NCBI GenBank assembly: GCA_024279475.1
Contig: JAJRRM010000016.1
Coordinates: forward strand, 627 to 64,626
Origin: Alphaproteobacteria bacterium
GTDB taxonomy: Bacteria; Pseudomonadota; Alphaproteobacteria; 16-39-46; JAJRRM01
Direction of reading: 5' to 3'
DNA: 64,000 nucleotides
Part shown: in pieces, positions 1 through 10,085 of the stretch
Numbering within the stretch: the stretch's first letter is position 1
Layout: every line of letters starts with the position of its first letter
The notes under the pieces: generated by a model
What the model was told of the DNA's origin: nothing
What the model saw: the letters and a program-made list of their open reading frames with translations, nothing else
The model's database searches: none
Translations under genes and position numbers: made by a program

Positions 1-1145
1 CCATCAACAAGTCGATGATCATAGCTAAGTGCCACATACATCATAGGGCGAATTTCTACTTTATTTTCTATAGCTACTGGGCGATTTTGAATGTTATGCA
101 AACCAATAATTCCCGTTTGTGGTGGATTTATAATTGGTGTTGAAAGCATAGATCCATAAATACCACCGTTGGAAATGGTAAAGGTACCTCCCTGTATATC
201 CTCAATAGCTAGTTTTCCCTCTCGTGCTCGTTGTGCCTTTTCTTTTAGTAGTCTCTCTATGTCTGCCATAGAGAGTTGATCTGCATTATTTATAACAGGT
301 ACAACAAGTCCTTTCTCTGTACCTACAGCAATACCTATATTATAAAAATACTTATATACAATTTCTTTTCCATCTATTTCTGCATTAAGAGCGGGTATCT
401 CTTTTAGAGTATGTACAACAGCATGAGTAAACATAGACATAAACCCTAGCTTCACGCCATGCTTTTTTTCAAATAATTCTTTATATTTTTTCCGCATAGC
501 CATGGAAGCTGTCATATCAATCTCGTTGAACGTCGTAAGCATTACAGCTGTATTTTGAGATGCTTTTAACCGCTCTGCTATACGCTGTCGTAAAATAGAC
601 ATAGGTAGGCGCTCTTCTCTACCCTGTTTATCTTTTTGTGACGGCGACACAGGTGCATCTACTGGTGTTTGAAGTTCTTCTATTGTCTGCATAGCCTCTA
701 ATATGTCCGATTTTTTTAACCTTCCTTCTTTTCCAGATGCTTTTATTTCCCTAGTTTCTATTCCTTTTTCTCTCACTATTTTTCTTACTGAGGGCCCTGA
801 TTTTTCCACACGAAAATCAGAGGATGCTGCTCTCTTTTTTTCTACTAAAATCTGAGCAGACATCTTTTTTCCTTTTTTTATATCCTTAGTAGTTGTCAGG
901 CCTCCTTCCTTCACTACCCCCAGCACTTGCCCTATATTCACCACTTCACCTTCATGAAAAGCATGGTTCATTAGCACGCCATCACAAGGAGACATGACTT
1001 CCAGTGTTACCTTATCTGTCTCCAATTCAATGATAGGTTCATCTTTCTTTACAGTCTCCCCTTTTTTCTTCAGCCACGATGCAATAATTGCCTCTACTAT
1101 AGATTCTCCTAGATCAGGTACTTTTATTTCTATTTTTTTTGCCAT
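1..1145 (-). CDS. sucB: Dihydrolipoamide succinyltransferase (E2 of 2-oxoglutarate dehydrogenase), partial; 3' end runs off the window
   Basis: Absent from the ORF track because there is no stop in the window. Hand translation from the ATG at 1145 gives [50 protein letters not shown] (lipoyl domain with ETDK lipoyl-lysine). It continues to [11 protein letters not shown] and SYDHRLVDG (acyltransferase catalytic DH motif) at the window edge. The start lies 28 nt downstream of the sucA stop. Confidence 0.9.
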   Translation of the reverse strand, partial: MAKKIEIKVPDLGESIVEAIIASWLKKKGETVKKDEPIIELETDKVTLEVMSPCDGVLMNHAFHEGEVVNIGQVLGVVKEGGLTTTKDIKKGKKMSAQILVEKKRAASSDFRVEKSGPSVRKIVREKGIETREIKASGKEGRLKKSDILEAMQTIEELQTPVDAPVSPSQKDKQGREERLPMSILRQRIAERLKASQNTAVMLTTFNEIDMTASMAMRKKYKELFEKKHGVKLGFMSMFTHAVVHTLKEIPALNAEIDGKEIVYKYFYNIGIAVGTEKGLVVPVINNADQLSMADIERLLKEKAQRAREGKLAIEDIQGGTFTISNGGIYGSMLSTPIINPPQTGIIGLHNIQNRPVAIENKVEIRPMMYVALSYDHRLVD

Positions 1146-1173
1146 AATTATCTTGTCCTAATTTGCTAAATTT

Positions 1174-4026
1174 TTATATTTTCATGTAGTTATCTAAAAC
1201 TCCTGTGAGAGTCTGTTGAACAATTTTTCTTTGTTCCATAAGGTGCTTCTTTAGCATGCTTGTAGCTGTAGCTGCAGCGCCTTTTCTTCCCACAAAAGAA
1301 GGGCGTGGATTTGAAAATTTTAAGCTAGCTAAAACATTTTCGATACGGCGGTCCATAAAATACCAAGCACCCATATTTTGTGGCTCTTCTTGGCTCCAAA
1401 TTACAGTTGCTTCTCTATTGTATTTTTTTAAAACTGTCTGCATACATTCTTCTGGAAATGGATACAACTGTTCTATCCGAATTAAAGCAACAGTATTCAA
1501 ATCCCTCTCTCTTCTCTCTTCTAGCAAATCATAGTAAATTTTACCTGAACAAAAAATAATTCTTTTTACTTTACCAGGATTAATGAATTCGCTAGTTTCA
1601 TCAATTATTAACTGCATTTGTTTATTGGTACCAAAATCTATCAAATCAGATATACATACTTTTGATCTCAACAAAGACTTTGGCGTAAAAACAATCAAGG
1701 GCTTTCTAAAACAACGATGTAATTGACGGCGCAACACATGAAAATAGTTTGCTGGTGTCGTGCAGTTTACAACCTGCATATTTTCCTCAGCACACAACTG
1801 TAAGTAACGCTCTATACGAGCTGAAGAATGCTCTGCTCCTTGCCCCTCATACCCATGTGGAAGCAAAAGAACTAGTCCCCCCATACGCATCCATTTGCTT
1901 TCTCCTGAAGATAGAAACTGATCTATAATTACCTGTGCACCATTAGAAAAATCTCCAAACTGTGCCTCCCATAAAACCAATGTCTGTGGATCTACTATAC
2001 TATAACCATATTCAAATCCTAAAATAGATGCTTCTGCTAAAGGACTGTCCACAATTTCAAAAGAACCTTGTTCTTTTTTTATATGCTGTAGAGAGATGTA
2101 AGGATTATTATTCTCTTGATCATATAAAACAGCATGCCGCTGAGAAAATGTACCTCTACCACTGTCTTGACCACTAAAGCGTATGCTATTTTTTTCTGCT
2201 AATAGTGTCCCAAAAGCTAAAGCTTCTGCTGTAGACCAATCAATTGCTTTACCTGAGTCAATCCTTTTTTTTCGTGTCTGCAAAAATCGCTGAATCTTTG
2301 AATGCGGCATAAAATCCTTTGGTAATTTTACAAGATTATTTCCAATTTCTTTTAAAATTTTCAGCGGTACTCCCGTCTTTCCCAGACTTTGATTTTCCTC
2401 ATTATTATAAAATTCTATCTTTTTCCATCTACCTTTAAGACCCTTTATTATTTTTTTCTTATATACAACACTAAGTTCAAATTTTTTAGATAAAACTGCT
2501 TTATAAGAATTTTCATTTTTCTCAGTATCTTCTAATATCACTACACCTTCTTTTATGAGCTTTTCTCTATATAGTGAGTATACTGTTGGATGGTTTTTTA
2601 TGGCCTTATACATCAATGGTTGGGTGAACATTGGTTCATCCCCTTCGTTGTGCCCATGTCGACGGTAGCAATACATATCTATAACAATATCTTTTGAAAA
2701 TTTATGTCGAAATTCTGCTGCTAAAGATGCAACATAACTTACGGCTTCTGGATCATCTCCATTTACATGAAATATAGGTGCTTGAATTGTTTTCGCTAAG
2801 TCTGAACAATACGGTGAAGAACGCGAGTGAATAGGTGACGTGGTAAATCCAATCTGATTGTTAATAATAACATGGATAGTTCCACCTGTTTTATACCCCT
2901 TTAGCTGCGATAAATCTAAGCTTTCAGCTACGAGTCCTTGCCCAGAAAAAGCAGCATCTCCATGAATAAGAATCCCCATTACTTGTAGCCGGGAGGTATC
3001 ATTCTGTGCATCCTGTTCTGCTCTTACTCTTCCTAAAACAACAGGGTTAACTGCCTCTAAATGTGACGGGTTAGATATGAGTGATAAATGTATTTTTTTT
3101 CCTGCTATATAGCGAGTTGAAGAGCCCCCTATATGATATTTTACATCTCCATCTCCATACGTACTAGCTAGGTGAGAAGCATTACTCTGAAACTTGTTAA
3201 AAATAGACTCTAGAGGTTTTTCTAAGGTGTTAGCTAATACATTTAAACGTCCTCTGTGAGCCATGCCTAAAACAATGCTCTTAACACCTAGTCCTGAAGA
3301 TCTTTCAATAATTGTATTTAAACAAGGAATAAAACTCTCTCCTCCATCAAGCCCAAACCTCTTTGTTCCTGGATATTTAATATTTAAAAATTTTTCAAAG
3401 AATTCTGCACGCATCAAGTTATCCAATATACTCATCCTTGAAGAAGCACTTAGCTTTCTATAAACAAGATTTTCTACTTTATCCTGAATCCAAGATTTTT
3501 GACCTCCATCTTGTATATGCATGAACTCCACACCTACTGTACCACTGTAAATTTCTTTTAACATTTGCAGTATCTCGCGCATTGTGACTTCTTTTCGCCC
3601 CAATACATTATCTATATAAATATTCCTATCTCTATCTTTTTCCCTAAATCCATATTTTTTAGGTTCTAGCTCTGTAAATTCCTTTTTCTCCTTAAGCTTT
3701 AAAGGATCTAGATTTGCATACAAATGACCTCGCACACGATAGGCGCGAATAAGCATTAAAGCCCTTATTGAATCTAATACTTCTCGTGATACGCCTTCTT
3801 GTCTTTCTAAAAAATAAGAATTTTTTTCTTTAAAAGTGCTCGGTGTAGACAGATACCCTTCTTTGTTAGGATCAATTTCTAAAAAAAAAATTTTCCAAGA
3901 ATCCGGCAAAGCTACGTCACCCATTAAATACATCTTATACAAAGATTCTATATAACTAGCCTGGGGTCCAAATAGAAATTCAGTTTTTTCAAAAGCTTTT
4001 TTTATAGACATCATATTTTTTATCAT
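1174..4026 (-). CDS. sucA: 2-oxoglutarate dehydrogenase E1 component
   Basis: 950 aa with motifs RGHLYANLDPL, HGDAAFSGQG and YRRHGHNEGDEP. It sits immediately upstream of sucB. Confidence 0.95.
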   Translation of the reverse strand: MIKNMMSIKKAFEKTEFLFGPQASYIESLYKMYLMGDVALPDSWKIFFLEIDPNKEGYLSTPSTFKEKNSYFLERQEGVSREVLDSIRALMLIRAYRVRGHLYANLDPLKLKEKKEFTELEPKKYGFREKDRDRNIYIDNVLGRKEVTMREILQMLKEIYSGTVGVEFMHIQDGGQKSWIQDKVENLVYRKLSASSRMSILDNLMRAEFFEKFLNIKYPGTKRFGLDGGESFIPCLNTIIERSSGLGVKSIVLGMAHRGRLNVLANTLEKPLESIFNKFQSNASHLASTYGDGDVKYHIGGSSTRYIAGKKIHLSLISNPSHLEAVNPVVLGRVRAEQDAQNDTSRLQVMGILIHGDAAFSGQGLVAESLDLSQLKGYKTGGTIHVIINNQIGFTTSPIHSRSSPYCSDLAKTIQAPIFHVNGDDPEAVSYVASLAAEFRHKFSKDIVIDMYCYRRHGHNEGDEPMFTQPLMYKAIKNHPTVYSLYREKLIKEGVVILEDTEKNENSYKAVLSKKFELSVVYKKKIIKGLKGRWKKIEFYNNEENQSLGKTGVPLKILKEIGNNLVKLPKDFMPHSKIQRFLQTRKKRIDSGKAIDWSTAEALAFGTLLAEKNSIRFSGQDSGRGTFSQRHAVLYDQENNNPYISLQHIKKEQGSFEIVDSPLAEASILGFEYGYSIVDPQTLVLWEAQFGDFSNGAQVIIDQFLSSGESKWMRMGGLVLLLPHGYEGQGAEHSSARIERYLQLCAEENMQVVNCTTPANYFHVLRRQLHRCFRKPLIVFTPKSLLRSKVCISDLIDFGTNKQMQLIIDETSEFINPGKVKRIIFCSGKIYYDLLEERRERDLNTVALIRIEQLYPFPEECMQTVLKKYNREATVIWSQEEPQNMGAWYFMDRRIENVLASLKFSNPRPSFVGRKGAAATATSMLKKHLMEQRKIVQQTLTGVLDNYMKI

Positions 4027-4235
4027 TTTTTTCTTAGAAATAACTGCCCCTCATATTAACAGTTTAAAATAGAACTTCTACAAATAAAATAAAATAAAGT
4101 AAAAAATAAAAAAGGAATGAATATAAAAATGGTTTGTTTTAAATAAACTTTACTCGCAGATTCTTAATTTTTTACTAGACAAAAGTGCAACTGCTGGTCT
4201 AGCGTTTATAAAGACCCTCTGTATAAATTAACACC

Positions 4236-6920
4236 ATGCAAAGATACATGTTAACAACAACCGATATACGATCTGCTTTTATAGAATATTTTGTGCAACA
4301 TAGTCACGAAGTTATTGAGTCAAGCTCTCTTATTCCACGCAACGACCCCACTCTTCTTTTCACAACTGCTGGCATGGTACAATTTAAAGATGTTTTCACG
4401 GGCAAGGATATTCGTGCCAACAATAGAGCAGTTACATCCCAAAAATGTGTGCGAGCAGGTGGAAAACATAATGACTTAGAGCAAGTTGGCTATACTGCTC
4501 GCCATCATACTTTTTTTGAGATGCTTGGTAATTTTTCCTTTGGCGATTATTTTAAAGACCTAGCTATTGAGTTTTCTTGGAAATTCATAACCCAAGAAAT
4601 GGGAATTAATAAAAGCAAACTACTTGTTACCGTTTATGCTGAAGATGAAGAAACAATAGCTCTGTGGAAAAAAATAGCAAACCTTCCTGAAGAAAAAATT
4701 ATCCGTATCTCCAACTCTGATAATTTTTGGTCTATGGGTGACACTGGGCCCTGTGGCCCTTGCACAGAAATTTTTTATGATCATGGCAGCCACATTTCAG
4801 GGGGACCTCCTGGTTCTCCTGATGAAGATGGCGACCGATTTGTAGAAATCTGGAACCTTGTTTTCATGCAGTATGAAAAATTTTCTACAGGTGACCGCAT
4901 AAATTTACCAAGACCTTCTGTGGATACAGGCATGAGCCTAGAACGGCTAACAGCCGTCTTACAAGGCGTCTCAAACAACTATGATATTGATCTATTCCAA
5001 AGCATTATTTATAGCGCTGCTGAGATAGCACAAGTGGATCCCTTAAAAGCTTACAAAATCCCTTTACGCATTATTGCCGATCACTTGCGCGCCTCGTGCT
5101 TCTTAATTGCTGATGGTGTTCTTCCTTCTCACGAAGGCCGCGGCTATGTATTGCGTCGCATTATGCGTAGAGCTATGCGTCATGCTCATGACATGATGCC
5201 TAATGACCTATTAATGCATAAACTTGTCCCTACACTTTCCTCTCTTATGGGTGGTGTTTTTCCTGAACTAAATAGAGCTGAAGCCCTAATTCAAGAAACG
5301 CTAAAGTCAGAAGAAGAACGCTTCCGTGAAACACTAGGTCGTGGGCTTAAACTGCTTAAAGCAGAAACAAAATCTTTTTCTAAAGGAGCTACTCTTTCAG
5401 GAGATGTCGCTTTCAAGCTTTATGATACATTTGGCTTTCCTTTAGACTTAACACAAGATATCTTGAAAAAATCTGATATAAACGTTGATAAAGCTGGTTT
5501 TAATACAGCTATGAGTAAGCAAAAATCCCGAGCAAGGGCAGCTTGGAAAGGCTCTGGAGAACACACTACTGATACGCTGTGGTACGAACTTCGCGATAAA
5601 TTTGGCCTATCTGATTTCACTGGTTATAAAATGCTTCAAAGTGAAGGGTTTATTCATGCTTTAATAAAAAATAAAAAATCTGTCGAGCAGCTTTCTATAG
5701 GAGATGAAGGTTGGTTGCTTGCAAATCAAACACCTTTTTATGGAGAGTCCGGTGGTCAATCTGGCGACAGAGGCATAATTGAGACAGAAAATGGCGATCT
5801 TCTTCTTGTTCTTGATACTAAAAAGTTTTTAGGTAATCTGACTGTCCATAAAGTAAAAGTAGAAAAAGGTATCTTTAAAACAACGGATCTTATTATATTA
5901 AAAGTGGATAAAGAACGCCGAGATAAGCTACGAGCAAACCACTCAGCGACACATCTATTGCATGAGTCCTTACGCCGCCGCTTAGGTAAACATATCATGC
6001 AAAAAGGATCTTTGGTAGAAGCTGCTAAATTGCGATTTGATTTTTCCCATGCAGGAGCTTTGCTTGACATAGATATAGATGCTATAGAACAAGAAATTAA
6101 TAAACAAATACGTAAAAATTACTCCGTATCAACAGTCATTATGTCCCCTAAAAAAGCTATTGAAGCTGGTGCCATAGCCTTATTTAATGAAAAATATGAT
6201 GACCAAGTTCGTATGGTAAGCATGGGTAAAACTGACAAAAAAAAATATTCTATTGAACTCTGCGGTGGAACACATGTTAATTATACTGGAGACATTGGTT
6301 TTTTTAAAATTATTAGTGATACTTCCATAGCTGCAGGCGTTCGACGTATAGAAGCTGCTACTGGTGCGAGCGCTCTTCACCATGTGCAAGAGAGTTGTAA
6401 GTATCTCCAAAAAACAATCCACCTCCTTAACGTAAAGCCTGCGCATATAGCTGAAAAAATAGCCTCTTTTCAAAGTATGTTGAAAGAAAAAAATAAAGAA
6501 ATTAAAAAAAATAAACAAAAATCTTTATCAGACACTACGGATATGCTACAAGAGATACTGATTGGATCTATAGTTTTGTATACTCAGCAGATGAAAGATG
6601 TTTCTCCTAAAGACTTAAAAGGGATCGTAGATACACTGAAAACTAAATACAATACTGCTGTAATAGCTTTGTTCAGTGAAATGGGTGAAAAAGTTATTTG
6701 CGTAATAGGCGTTGGCAGAAACCTTATACCCGTACTCAATGCCATCGAGCTCATACGAGAAATTACGCCAACACTTGGGGGCACAGGCGGTGGAGGTCGC
6801 CCTGATCTCGCTCAAGGAGGAGGGTCTAATGGATCAAAAATAGTAGCTGCATCCAATCTCTTACAAAAAACCATCAAAAAGCAAACCAATAGCATGTTAT
6901 CTACGCATGCAAAACAGTAG
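4236..6920 (+). CDS. alaS: Alanine--tRNA ligase
   Basis: 894 aa. Motifs are FTTAGMVQFK (class II core), HSATHLLH and CGGTHV (editing domain), and the C-terminal GGTGGGGRPDLAQGGG. The true start may be the second ATG at 4248 (MLTTTDIRSAF). Confidence 0.95.
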   Translation: MQRYMLTTTDIRSAFIEYFVQHSHEVIESSSLIPRNDPTLLFTTAGMVQFKDVFTGKDIRANNRAVTSQKCVRAGGKHNDLEQVGYTARHHTFFEMLGNFSFGDYFKDLAIEFSWKFITQEMGINKSKLLVTVYAEDEETIALWKKIANLPEEKIIRISNSDNFWSMGDTGPCGPCTEIFYDHGSHISGGPPGSPDEDGDRFVEIWNLVFMQYEKFSTGDRINLPRPSVDTGMSLERLTAVLQGVSNNYDIDLFQSIIYSAAEIAQVDPLKAYKIPLRIIADHLRASCFLIADGVLPSHEGRGYVLRRIMRRAMRHAHDMMPNDLLMHKLVPTLSSLMGGVFPELNRAEALIQETLKSEEERFRETLGRGLKLLKAETKSFSKGATLSGDVAFKLYDTFGFPLDLTQDILKKSDINVDKAGFNTAMSKQKSRARAAWKGSGEHTTDTLWYELRDKFGLSDFTGYKMLQSEGFIHALIKNKKSVEQLSIGDEGWLLANQTPFYGESGGQSGDRGIIETENGDLLLVLDTKKFLGNLTVHKVKVEKGIFKTTDLIILKVDKERRDKLRANHSATHLLHESLRRRLGKHIMQKGSLVEAAKLRFDFSHAGALLDIDIDAIEQEINKQIRKNYSVSTVIMSPKKAIEAGAIALFNEKYDDQVRMVSMGKTDKKKYSIELCGGTHVNYTGDIGFFKIISDTSIAAGVRRIEAATGASALHHVQESCKYLQKTIHLLNVKPAHIAEKIASFQSMLKEKNKEIKKNKQKSLSDTTDMLQEILIGSIVLYTQQMKDVSPKDLKGIVDTLKTKYNTAVIALFSEMGEKVICVIGVGRNLIPVLNAIELIREITPTLGGTGGGGRPDLAQGGGSNGSKIVAASNLLQKTIKKQTNSMLSTHAKQ

Positions 6921-6973
6921 AAAAAGAAGAATACCCCTAATGTCTATAAATCAAATAACAGGGAATACAAAAT

Positions 6974-9049
6974 ATGTCTAAACAAGATTTCAGACCAGAA
7001 ACTCAGTCTGCACCCGATAAACCTTATATTTCTCCGGATGAAAACCTCCCAGAAATAACAGTAAAAGCACTTATTCTTGGTATTTTTCTCGCTGTAGTTT
7101 TAGCTTCCTCTAATGCTTATCTTGGTTTGAAAATTGGTCAAACAGTCTCAGCTTGCATTCCTGCAGCTGTTATATCTATGTCTATTCTTCGTTTTTTTAA
7201 AAATTCAAATGTATTGGAAAACAACCTTGTGCAAACCATTGCTTCAGCAGGTGAAGTAATCGCTGCAGGCATTATATTCACACTTCCAGCTCTAGTTCTT
7301 ATGGGCTTCTGGAAAGGCTTTCCTTATCTACAAACGACCGCTATTGCTGCCATTGGTGGTATACTAGGTGTTATTTTCTCTATTCCTCTACGTAGAGCCC
7401 TTATTGTTGAAGCCCGCCTTAAATTTCCTGAAGGTGTTGCAACAGCAGAAGTTCTTAAAGCTGGTGATATGGCTAGCAAAAAAGATTCTGGAACTGCTAA
7501 CATAAGTACTAAATTACTCTTAACTGGCGGTCTTATGGCTGCTTTTATTAAAGTGCTTCAATCAGGTTTTCAAATAATTGGCGAAGAAGTTGTTCAGTGG
7601 GTTAAGGTAGGTTCCTCTATTGCCGGTTTTGGTAGTGGCTTGTCTCCTGTTATAATTTCCGCTGGATATATTGTTGGTATTCGTATTGGTATATGCCTCT
7701 TTATTGGAGCAACCTTAACATGGGTTATTATTCTACCTATCGTTAGCAGTATCTATGGCCTCCCTGATGCTGAATCCATTAGCTCTTCTGCCATGACTAT
7801 ATGGTCAACAAAATTACGCTATATTGGTGTTGGTAGTATGATCGTTGGAGGTGTCTGGGCTCTTATCTCTCTTATGAAGCCTATTTCAGCAAGCATTAAA
7901 ACATCCCTTCAAGCTTTGAAAGATTCTCATAAAGAATCAAGTACAAAAATTGTACGCACAGAACATGATATCCCAATGACATGGATAATTGGTAGCACTG
8001 TCTCTCTTTCTATCCCTATTGCTATCCTTTTCGCTTATGTAATGGATGAAAATAGTATGCCTGTAACACCCCTTTTATTCTGGTCAGCTACAGCCTTTGT
8101 CACTCTATTTTCTCTTGTTGCAGGGTTTGTCTGTTCCTCAATTGCTGGCTATATGGCAGGTATTGTTGGATCATCTTCTAACCCTTTGTCGGGTGTAGCT
8201 ATTGCAGCTATCTTAGCTGTATCTCTGGTTCTTTTAGCTATCTTAAGCACTCAAATTGACTTCTCTATAAACAAGGATGATGCTTTAAGTGCTGCAGCTA
8301 TTTCTGTTATTATTGCTGCCATAGTTGCAACAGCAGCAGCAGTTGGCAATGACAACTTGCAAGACCTAAAAGCAGGCCATATGCTAGGTGCTACACCTTG
8401 GAAGCAAGAAACAATGTTAATAGTTGGTGCCGTCGCTGGTGCACTCGCAATTGCGCCTATCTTAAGCCTTCTTTATGAAGCATACGGTATAGGAGGATCT
8501 TTTCCTCGCGAAGGTATGGACCCAGCCCAGTCTCTTTCTGCTCCACAAGCCACTCTTATGGCATCTGTTGCAAAAGGTGTTTTTCTTGGCGGCCTTCCTT
8601 GGAATTTTATTTTAATTGGTATGGCTATTGGTGTTTCCATTATTATCTTAAATGCCTTTCTTAAGTCATCAGGTAGCACTTGGAACTTTCCTGTTCTTGC
8701 TGTCGCTCTCGGCTTATACCTCCCTATCTATGTAACTATAGCTTTTTTCATAGGAACAATTCTAAAAGAAATAACCACAAAAGCTATTAGGAGAAAACAA
8801 AAAAAGAAAGAAATGTCTGCTTTAGATGCCGAGGTAGCAGATAGACGAGGGATGCTATTTGCCTCTGGTGCTATTGCTGGTGAATCTTTAATGGGCGTTG
8901 CTCTTTCTGTACCGTTTGCTCTCTATCAAACTACTAACGTTTTTGCCATTAATCTTGATATAAATCCTGATATTATTACGCTTGCTGGTGTGATAGTAAT
9001 TATAGCCTTCTTGAGGTATTTTTTCAAAATTTCAACTAAAGCGTATTAA
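6974..9049 (+). CDS. OPT-family oligopeptide transporter (polytopic membrane protein)
   Basis: 691 aa and highly hydrophobic, with many predicted TM segments. The N-terminus PEITVKALILGIFLAVVLASSNAYLGLKIGQTVSACIPAAVISM is typical of bacterial OPT permeases. Confidence 0.8.
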   Translation: MSKQDFRPETQSAPDKPYISPDENLPEITVKALILGIFLAVVLASSNAYLGLKIGQTVSACIPAAVISMSILRFFKNSNVLENNLVQTIASAGEVIAAGIIFTLPALVLMGFWKGFPYLQTTAIAAIGGILGVIFSIPLRRALIVEARLKFPEGVATAEVLKAGDMASKKDSGTANISTKLLLTGGLMAAFIKVLQSGFQIIGEEVVQWVKVGSSIAGFGSGLSPVIISAGYIVGIRIGICLFIGATLTWVIILPIVSSIYGLPDAESISSSAMTIWSTKLRYIGVGSMIVGGVWALISLMKPISASIKTSLQALKDSHKESSTKIVRTEHDIPMTWIIGSTVSLSIPIAILFAYVMDENSMPVTPLLFWSATAFVTLFSLVAGFVCSSIAGYMAGIVGSSSNPLSGVAIAAILAVSLVLLAILSTQIDFSINKDDALSAAAISVIIAAIVATAAAVGNDNLQDLKAGHMLGATPWKQETMLIVGAVAGALAIAPILSLLYEAYGIGGSFPREGMDPAQSLSAPQATLMASVAKGVFLGGLPWNFILIGMAIGVSIIILNAFLKSSGSTWNFPVLAVALGLYLPIYVTIAFFIGTILKEITTKAIRRKQKKKEMSALDAEVADRRGMLFASGAIAGESLMGVALSVPFALYQTTNVFAINLDINPDIITLAGVIVIIAFLRYFFKISTKAY

Positions 9050-9058
9050 TTTTAAGCC

Positions 9059-9084
9059 CCTCTCTCTTTAAGGGAAGAGATGGG
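9059..9084 (+). terminator. Possible hairpin downstream of the OPT gene
   Basis: Arm 9059-9068 pairs with 9075-9084 (9 pairs including one G-U, plus 1 mismatch) around a 6-nt loop. No following T-run, so this is weak as an intrinsic terminator. Confidence 0.3.
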
Positions 9085-9104
9085 AGTTGAGGAGGTTAAA
9101 TAGA

Positions 9105-9395
9105 ATGAAAAAAGAAAAAGAATTACACTATCGTTTTATTAGTTGTAGAAAAAAAATATCCAGTTTTTGCTATATGCTAGATCAAGGAGTTCTACCAGAT
9201 TTTAAACCTTTTGAACCTCTTCTTATTCAACTAGCAGAAGATGTTAAACTATTTACAAAAAATGATCCAAAAAACAAGTTCTACAAAGAATTCCAAGAAA
9301 TTTTAAAAAATCTAGAAGATATTTTATCAAGATTACGGCTCCACAGCGGTAGTATAAAAACATCTTCTTCTCCGGACTTACGGGTACTTCACTAA
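9105..9395 (+). CDS. Hypothetical small protein (96 aa from the ATG at 9105)
   Basis: A strong SD GAGGAGG at 9089-9095 lies 9 nt before the ATG at 9105; the ORF-track start at 9087 is a TTG. The product is Lys/Leu-rich with protein-like composition, no signal peptide, and no family I recognise. Confidence 0.4.
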   Translation: MKKEKELHYRFISCRKKISSFCYMLDQGVLPDFKPFEPLLIQLAEDVKLFTKNDPKNKFYKEFQEILKNLEDILSRLRLHSGSIKTSSSPDLRVLH

Positions 9396-10072
9396 TGTCT
9401 TTTGACTCCTAGTAACGTCTTTTGAGTTAAAGTATCCAACTCAGATGTGCAATTGCTTGGGATAAAATGACGTTGAAAAGCCAATAAAATATCTTTAAAT
9501 AAATACGCCCTATTACCCAAGCTATTATAACCAATAGCTTTCAGTATTTCTTTAGCCTCCTGCTCTGATACCTGAGAAAAAGAGCTATTTTTTTCCTCTG
9601 TATTGAAACCAAAACCAGAATCACTTAACCATTTCCAAGGAAATTTTACTCCTGGATCTTCTTTTCTATGAGGTGAAACATCACTATGGCCCCATACATT
9701 TTGAGAATTTATCTTATGCTTTTTACATAGATTTTTCAATAAACCAACCAGCGTTTCTAGTTGTTTTCTTGTATATTCATCCCAAGCATTATCTAACTCA
9801 ATACCTATAGACCTATCATTGATATCGTCATTTCCTTTCCAGCAGGATTTTCCAGCATGCCACGCACAATACTCATCATCTACTAACTTATATCCCTCTC
9901 CTGACTTATGTATAAAGTAATGAGCACTTACCCCAGAATTTTTATCGCATAACCTCTCCAGAGCTTCTTCTGCATTTTTCATTTGTGTAGCATGAATCAA
10001 AATCATAGATGGTTTAATATTATTAAGTCTATCATTATAGTTAGAAGACTTTTTTTCTATAAATGATTTCAT
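9392..10072 (-). CDS. N-acetylmuramoyl-L-alanine amidase, amidase_2 (AmpD/AmiD-like) with a C-terminal peptidoglycan-binding-like tail
   Basis: 226 aa with motifs ILIHAT, CAWHAGKSCW, SIGIELDN and WGHSDVSPHRKEDPGVKFPW (Zn-amidase_2 pattern). The C-terminus carries ILKAIGYNS...LLAFQRHFIP. No signal peptide or lipobox. The start is 13 nt after the vgrG stop. Confidence 0.85.
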   Translation of the reverse strand: MKSFIEKKSSNYNDRLNNIKPSMILIHATQMKNAEEALERLCDKNSGVSAHYFIHKSGEGYKLVDDEYCAWHAGKSCWKGNDDINDRSIGIELDNAWDEYTRKQLETLVGLLKNLCKKHKINSQNVWGHSDVSPHRKEDPGVKFPWKWLSDSGFGFNTEEKNSSFSQVSEQEAKEILKAIGYNSLGNRAYLFKDILLAFQRHFIPSNCTSELDTLTQKTLLGVKRH

Positions 10073-10085
10073 TTAATTACTCTAT

